Positions 36,042 through 41,629 of a stretch of DNA of 41,629 nucleotides are shown one piece after another. The position numbers and the translations under genes were made by a program. The notes under the pieces are model-generated. The model saw only the letters and a list, made by a program, of their open reading frames with translations. It was not told where the DNA came from and did not search any database. The stretch is from Candidatus Hermodarchaeota archaeon (GTDB taxonomy: Archaea; Asgardarchaeota; Lokiarchaeia; Sigyniarchaeales; SOKP01). Position 1 is the first letter of the stretch. Every line of letters begins with the position of its first letter. The stretch spans positions 1 through 41,629 of the forward strand of contig JBHLLO010000024.1 of the NCBI GenBank assembly GCA_048885535.1, given 5' to 3'.

Positions 36042-36407
36042 TTAATTATCTTTTACTTTGGAAATTATTTCTCTAATATCAGGTTCTCCAGGGGCACCTA
36101 CCATTATTCCGTCTTTCACTAAGGGTTGCCCGCGAATATCAATAATACCATCCACCATTTCACCATTTTTGAAAAATAATAGTGTTGGGATAGCAGTTAC
36201 ACCGAATCTCTCTCCTAATGGTCTATTTTGTTCTAAATCTACTTTTATTAGCTTTATTAATCCCTCTTCTTTAAGTTTCTCTAAGATGGGACTTAAAAAT
36301 TTACAGGGTGCACACCAAACGGTATAAATATCACAAATTAATACTCCTTGTTTCATATCTTCAGTGATTTCGATTCCAAACTTCTTTAAATCCTCGATAT
36401 TTGTCAT
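36042..36407 (-). CDS. trxA: Thioredoxin
   Basis: WCAPC active site, cis-Pro motif AIPTLLFFKNG. Confidence 0.9.
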   Translation of the reverse strand: MTNIEDLKKFGIEITEDMKQGVLICDIYTVWCAPCKFLSPILEKLKEEGLIKLIKVDLEQNRPLGERFGVTAIPTLLFFKNGEMVDGIIDIRGQPLVKDGIMVGAPGEPDIREIISKVKDN

Positions 36408-36702
36408 GTAATCTCAGCTTTTAATATTTAGAATTTTTAACAAACTTGGTTTTAATAATATAAGAATTAATAAATTATTTTTGTATATAATGATGGCATT
36501 TATGAAAATACGTTTATAATGTTTTCACTTATAAAAAATGTAAATGTTATGAAGGATAGTCATTAAAATCTATTCATAACTAATTTCACACAATTATTTA
36601 TAATCTCATCTGTATAAAACTCGAATTCGTATCATAAATGTTAAATTAGATTGTCTTTTTTCAAATATTATTCAAATTTTGATTTTTCTAAGTGAAATAG
36701 TC

Positions 36703-37212
36703 TTGAGTCATACGAGAAAAGATTTAGTGCAATCAGATGCTACTATGAATCAGATGCGTAATGCAATTTATCACCTACAACGTTTCATGAAAAATAATAA
36801 TATTTCTGAAATTAGACGAAGGTTTCATAGAATGGGACAAAATATTGCTCATACCTATATAAAGAGCTGGAAACCTATTGAAAAAGTAGACATCACAAAT
36901 GTAAAGAATCTAATTGCTACAATTTACAAAACTGTCTTAAATAGCTCAGTTTCAATAGAAATTAATGATAGTGATAAAATTATTAAAGTTAAAGATAATG
37001 ACTGTGCTCTCTGCAAGTATCACTTTGAGGATATCCAAATTGCTGGATGTGAAATTATTGCTGCAATGGTATCTGAATTTATCCAAATGATAAATAAACA
37101 AAATCCTGGTGAAGTACCATTTTCTATTCATCCTATGGAAATTAAAGAATCACGAACATTCGGTAATAAGTCATGTATTCAACAATTTATTTATACTAAT
37201 GAGGGAAATTAA
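36703..37212 (+). CDS. V4R / Bet3(TRAPP)-fold-like protein
   Basis: RMGQNIA helix, KVKDNDCALC, GCEIIAAMVSE, EIKESRTFGNKSC..F follow the V4R/H-NOX/Bet3 fold pattern. Start set at TTG 36703 (ORF track 36679). Confidence 0.6.
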   Translation: MSHTRKDLVQSDATMNQMRNAIYHLQRFMKNNNISEIRRRFHRMGQNIAHTYIKSWKPIEKVDITNVKNLIATIYKTVLNSSVSIEINDSDKIIKVKDNDCALCKYHFEDIQIAGCEIIAAMVSEFIQMINKQNPGEVPFSIHPMEIKESRTFGNKSCIQQFIYTNEGN

Positions 37213-37213
37213 G

Positions 37214-38689
37214 ATGGGTATTGTTCAATGGTTGTTAAAAAAGATTTCAAAAGCTTTTGGTCAAAATACTAGTTCTCTTTTTTATATACTTCTTAATCGG
37301 GAGGTACTCAAAGAGATTAATGAAATTACTGAAAATGAAGAAGATAGTTTAATAGTTTTAAGAGAAATTGGCAAAAAAGCAGCAGTAGAATCATGTGAAC
37401 GCCATTCTAGCGTATTTAAATGGATGCCAGGGAGCCCTAAAAAAGTTCTTGAATATTTTGAATTATTATGGATTGTTGTATTTGGAAAAGAGTTAGAAGA
37501 GGGCGATTTAACATATGAGGAAATACCAAAAGAAGATTCAAAATATAATGATTATGTCGTTAGTATTAGAAATTGCCCAATTTGTGTTGATTATGGAAGG
37601 GATGAAATGGATACTTTCGATTTTCAAAAACTAAAAAATAAAAAAACAGAAGGATTAGCTTGTGGGTTATGTGGCATGCTTGAAAGCGTAGCTAATTTTA
37701 TATTAAAAGTTAAAAAAAATGATTATCGAATTAATATAGTAGAGCAGCAGTGTAAGGCAAAAGGAGGACAAACTCTTCAGTTTATATGCAAGATTCATGA
37801 TCTTGCTGAATGGAAAGAACTTTCTGCAAAAAGAATTCAAGATCAATTAAAATCTGGAGTAATCATTGAGGAAGGAATGGAAGAAGACATCATTCAAGAC
37901 ACAAAATTAGATATTATAGATAAATTGCAAGATGCCCTTTCTTTAGATAAAATTGAAGAATTACTCGATGAGCCCTTAGAGGGGATAAAAGATAAGGTTG
38001 CAGAGTTTATTCAAGATAAACTAAATATGGAACCAGAGCATTTTTTTGATTACTTCAAGAATTACGAAGATGATATGATTAGAATAATCGGGTTCTTAGC
38101 AGTGCATATTTTTAATGAATACGGAGGATTAGTGGAAAAAGTGTTAGCTAATGAAACATTCGCCAAAGTAGCAGGATATCTATTTAAACAATTAAGAGAA
38201 TTTGTTCTACTCTTTGTTCCCATTGATGTGATAAATGATTATCATAAACTTTTGATCAGTTTTCTAAATGGGCTCGCTCCTGTTGATATGGTTGAAAATG
38301 TGAAGAAATTTTCCGGAAAAGACGATTTGAAATTTTTATTTGAAGGTGCGGAGCTAGCATTGGAAAATTTAGGGATTAATTTCTCAGAATTAAAGGATAA
38401 TGTTTGGGAAGAATTAAGAAAAGAAAGAGAAGATGGGCTCGTTCCATCAGATCAAACTGTAATTGAAAAAACAGAAGAAAAGTTCCCAAAAATAATCAGA
38501 ATTATTCAAGAAATTTTTATGCTTTTCAATGAAATACTGACTTTGCCTATACGAGTTATAGTCTCCGAAAGTCACTATGGATTGAAAACAGCCATTAATT
38601 CAGTTGTTTCAGAAGAAGAAGGATTATTTGGCAGTATTAAAGGACGATTTGATACTATTTTTGACTATTTACAAGAATTAAGAAAATAA
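37214..38689 (+). CDS. V4R-domain protein with large acidic all-helical C-terminal region
   Basis: LREIGKKAA, IRNCPIC, CGLCGMLES, EQQCKAKGG..LQF. Start set at ATG 37214, 1 nt after the upstream stop. Confidence 0.65.
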   Translation: MGIVQWLLKKISKAFGQNTSSLFYILLNREVLKEINEITENEEDSLIVLREIGKKAAVESCERHSSVFKWMPGSPKKVLEYFELLWIVVFGKELEEGDLTYEEIPKEDSKYNDYVVSIRNCPICVDYGRDEMDTFDFQKLKNKKTEGLACGLCGMLESVANFILKVKKNDYRINIVEQQCKAKGGQTLQFICKIHDLAEWKELSAKRIQDQLKSGVIIEEGMEEDIIQDTKLDIIDKLQDALSLDKIEELLDEPLEGIKDKVAEFIQDKLNMEPEHFFDYFKNYEDDMIRIIGFLAVHIFNEYGGLVEKVLANETFAKVAGYLFKQLREFVLLFVPIDVINDYHKLLISFLNGLAPVDMVENVKKFSGKDDLKFLFEGAELALENLGINFSELKDNVWEELRKEREDGLVPSDQTVIEKTEEKFPKIIRIIQEIFMLFNEILTLPIRVIVSESHYGLKTAINSVVSEEEGLFGSIKGRFDTIFDYLQELRK

Positions 38690-38798
38690 ACTGCTTTGAA
38701 GAGAAATTTGTTTAAGTTAAATTACCTAGAAAAGAAATAAGAATTTAGACTTCCACAAATAAAAGAAGAAAAATAATAAAAAAAATTATAAATAAAAT

Positions 38799-39539
38799 TT
38801 AGGTTTTTATTCCAAGATATATCAAAATACTACTTATAATAATTCCAAATCTAACAATGAATACCGCAATCATAGGAGGAACAACTGAGTCAAAAGCTAC
38901 AATAATTGCAAAGACAATAAAGCCAGAGGCTAGATATAGAAATTTCTTTCTTAAAATCCCTGTTGCTTGCTTAGCTTTCACTAAGAACCCAATACCGTTA
39001 AAAATTAAAATAGACAGTATAAAAACGATTAAAAAGTAGGCAGTGGGATACCCATAATTACTAGAAGTATCAATTATATTTGAACCATCGCCTATAAGAC
39101 CAGTGGGGTCTTCCACTTCACCTACACCTGGTATAGTAAAATTAAAAGAATTTATTGGACTTGAAAAGAGAAAGTATTCATAGGCAATACTTATAATGAT
39201 GAAAATACCCACTAATATCCATTTCTTTTTTGGTATCAATAATTCTCCACCAATATACATCCCCAGCGTTATACCCGGAGCCGCCCACATATAACTCAGT
39301 AATGGATAAAGATATGGGGTGATATTAGCGTCATTTATAAGAATATTGATAAAATCTGTAGTTGGACCTAACCATAAAAATGCAATAGAAATAATCGTCA
39401 ATGCAGTAACAGTAAGAAGCTTAGCTTTCTTTCCTGCTTTATATAAACCATAAATACCTATTATTATATTGATAGAAAGTACACCCAAAGCAGAAATCCC
39501 GTTTAGCCATCCTTCGATGTCAGTAAACAACAACAACAA
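38799..39539 (-). CDS. Integral membrane protein, ~6-7 TM (resembles stand-alone 7TM sensor domains)
   Basis: Six to seven hydrophobic segments; AGGTGA upstream of TTG start; no cytoplasmic output domain. Confidence 0.7.
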   Translation of the reverse strand: MLLLFTDIEGWLNGISALGVLSINIIIGIYGLYKAGKKAKLLTVTALTIISIAFLWLGPTTDFINILINDANITPYLYPLLSYMWAAPGITLGMYIGGELLIPKKKWILVGIFIIISIAYEYFLFSSPINSFNFTIPGVGEVEDPTGLIGDGSNIIDTSSNYGYPTAYFLIVFILSILIFNGIGFLVKAKQATGILRKKFLYLASGFIVFAIIVAFDSVVPPMIAVFIVRFGIIISSILIYLGIKT

Positions 39540-39704
39540 TTTTATGATTCACCTTTTTATCTTTTAAAATATTAACTTTTAATGTGTTTAATATTATAGA
39601 ATCATTTTTGTTTAAAAGATATAATAATATACGTATATACAGTATTTATAATTACTCTTAATTTCAATAAGATGGTTTTAAAGAGGAATTTATAGCTAAT
39701 TTTA

Positions 39705-40988
39705 TTATAGATTAATATTAGATTTTTTTTCTAAATATAACTGATAAAACCAATCAACAATATATTGAAGAAAAAGGCGTTCTTTTAGCACATCATAATT
39801 TGATTTTTCTTTTAAGCTAGTCAATTTTGCTATATCTTCTGATCTTAGTTTATTCTCAGCAATTAAATCCATTCGAAGCTTAAATTGGTCAATCATCTTA
39901 ATTGGGCGTAAAATTTTGGTGATAGATTTCGAAATCTCAGGCATTAATTTCTGAATGTTATTTTTTGTCTCCATTGAATTAATATTAAAATCAAAAAAAT
40001 GATTTATTCTTTGAGTAATAAAATCTTTTTTATAATAATTAATGTGCTTCTTAGATTTTAATAGTTCTAAAAGGTATATACTTAATTCACTAATAATTGA
40101 ATCTGATATTTTAAGGGCTAATAAGTCCTTCTTTAATTTGAATAGGAATTGCTCTGTAAGAAATTGTTTATACTTTATTACTATAGCTTCATTTTGTTTT
40201 ACATCGGAACAAATTTCTATAACTTCACCTTTAGGGGTTGAGAAAGTAAATCCATATCCTTGAGGACCAATTCCATAAAGAGTAACCATTGATAAACTAT
40301 AAAAGTTATATTCTTTTTGAGAAAGTATTTTTTGATAACTATTTAGTAGAATTCTAGGTGAAGCCAAATGATTTTTGTTTGCAAATTTGAATTCAATGAA
40401 TTTCTCATGGTGATTTATTACTTCTTTTTTGAATAAATTAAAAAATTCCTCCAAATTACCTAAAGACTTAACATTTAATCCATAAATATTATAATCATTT
40501 AAATAATTTAAAATTAAATTGATATCGTAACCATCATTAGAATAAGATGAATATTCATTGAAGTAATTATTATAATAATGTAATAAGTTAAATGGCATTA
40601 CCTCCCTAATAAATAAGATGAAAGGATTAGAAATATTTCCAAATAAGTCTATTAAATTAGCAATAAGTAAACTATCTTTCTTAATATTATTGATAATTCC
40701 CAACTCTGAATCATTTAAATCTTTATCAACTAAATTAAGTTTATTGACAAATCTTAAAATATTAAAAATCTCACCCAAATTAAGGGTTTGTATACAATCA
40801 AGTAATAAATTCGAGATTATTTGAAACCTATTTGGTATTTTTCTAGGATCAATAAAAAAATCCAAATCTAATGAATCATCAATTAATTCTTCTATTTCTT
40901 TAAACTGTCCTTTTTCTAAAAAGTGAGATAGCTTCAAATAATACTTTTTTTTAAAATCCCTTCCTTTTAATCCATTTTGTTTTATCAA
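39705..40988 (-). CDS. Hypothetical protein
   Basis: 427-aa ORF filling the gap; Gly-rich core YGIGPQGYGFTFSTPKGEVIEICSD; no family recognised. Confidence 0.7.
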   Translation of the reverse strand: MIKQNGLKGRDFKKKYYLKLSHFLEKGQFKEIEELIDDSLDLDFFIDPRKIPNRFQIISNLLLDCIQTLNLGEIFNILRFVNKLNLVDKDLNDSELGIINNIKKDSLLIANLIDLFGNISNPFILFIREVMPFNLLHYYNNYFNEYSSYSNDGYDINLILNYLNDYNIYGLNVKSLGNLEEFFNLFKKEVINHHEKFIEFKFANKNHLASPRILLNSYQKILSQKEYNFYSLSMVTLYGIGPQGYGFTFSTPKGEVIEICSDVKQNEAIVIKYKQFLTEQFLFKLKKDLLALKISDSIISELSIYLLELLKSKKHINYYKKDFITQRINHFFDFNINSMETKNNIQKLMPEISKSITKILRPIKMIDQFKLRMDLIAENKLRSEDIAKLTSLKEKSNYDVLKERLFLQYIVDWFYQLYLEKKSNINL

Positions 40989-41092
40989 TATGAATTCAGC
41001 TAAAAATTTTCTAAAAATTGATAGTGCTATTTATTCTTATTTTTAAGAAAAGAAAATCCACGCAACTTATTTTTATTGCGATTATATTGGAA

Positions 41093-41464
41093 TTAATCTA
41101 ATAACGCAGCAATTCTATTAGCAACACTTTGAATATTGAGGAAAACCATGCCTAAACTTGCATTAGCATGACATAAAGTGCAGAGTATTGCATTTTCACC
41201 AGCTTTAGAGAGAATAATGATACCATTTACCCCTTCAATAAGAATCCTTTTTAGGTCACCTCTATCGAGTTCCTCTACCGCACGTTCAGAAACACTTTGA
41301 ATAGCAGCGCTCATGGCGCTGACGATTCCATCGTTTACGTCACGACTTAAGACCGAACAAATTGGAAGTCCCTGTACACTAACAATCGCAGAACCTTCTA
41401 TATCAGAATTGACAGCGGATAATTTTCTTAGGAGATCTGTAAGTTCACTGATATTTTCTGACAA
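41093..41464 (-). CDS. Roadblock/LC7 (MglB-like) domain protein
   Basis: DIEGSAIVSVQGLPI.S, VSAMSAAI.SVSER..EEL..GDL.RILIEG.NG, LGMVF; GGAGG SD upstream of TTG start. Confidence 0.93.
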   Translation of the reverse strand: MSENISELTDLLRKLSAVNSDIEGSAIVSVQGLPICSVLSRDVNDGIVSAMSAAIQSVSERAVEELDRGDLKRILIEGVNGIIILSKAGENAILCTLCHANASLGMVFLNIQSVANRIAALLD

Positions 41465-41629
41465 TATTTATTTCCTCCATATCATTAAATGTGGTAGAAT
41501 TAAACTCCTTAATTTTATCCTCAACTATAAATCAAATTAAATGAGTGATAAAAAATCATTATATGATCTATTAAAATTAACTTTATTTAATTATTAATAT
41601 TTACTTTATTTATTTTTATTTATCTTCTT

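Noticed and set aside
37109-37213. 35-aa N-terminal extension of the second V4R gene given by the ORF track
   Set aside because: It overlaps the upstream gene by ~100 nt; ATG 37214, 1 nt after the upstream stop, is more plausible.
17460-41540. Other short nested or alternative-frame ORFs (e.g. 24767-25006, 27092-27379, 32340-32690, 36058-36327, 41313-41540)
   Set aside because: They overlap well-supported genes and show no recognisable protein features.
1-41629. CRISPR arrays, tRNA/rRNA genes, transposases, integrases or defence systems
   Set aside because: No regularly spaced repeats, GC-rich structured RNA-like segments or mobile-element proteins were seen; short RNAs could be missed by eye.

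Overview
AT-rich archaeal chromosomal segment, most consistent with an Asgard archaeon (Lokiarchaeia/Promethearchaeota-like). The basis is archaeal informational genes (top6B/top6A, gins23, mcm) together with a Rab-like GTPase, a roadblock/LC7 protein, a longin-like protein and two V4R/Bet3-fold proteins. In order, the window contains: (1) a replication neighbourhood, top6B-top6A-hypothetical-pyrE >< gins23 <> polytopic membrane/HEAT-repeat protein, then mcm; (2) a Rab-like GTPase, an HDAC-family deacetylase and a Pro-rich/coiled-coil/Zn-ribbon protein; (3) a seven-gene, ~12.2 kb membrane/surface operon built around a MoxR AAA+ ATPase and a DUF58-VWA protein, led by a 1484-aa Ig-repeat protein whose transglutaminase-like domain has lost its catalytic Cys and His; (4) a tightly coupled lipS2-lpl-lipS1-cofE::nitroreductase-cofD operon joining lipoate assembly and F420 synthesis; (5) a chimeric-looking leuS, a longin-like gene, bacterial-type tpiA, an orphan hdrC, thioredoxin, a V4R gene pair, a 7TM protein, a hypothetical protein and a roadblock protein. 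The best candidate for an undescribed system is the pseudo-transglutaminase/MoxR envelope operon. Three genes also appear to initiate at ATT/ATA codons behind a GGTGA Shine-Dalgarno motif. I saw no rRNA, tRNA, CRISPR array or mobile element. All calls come from motif recognition by eye; no database searches were run.
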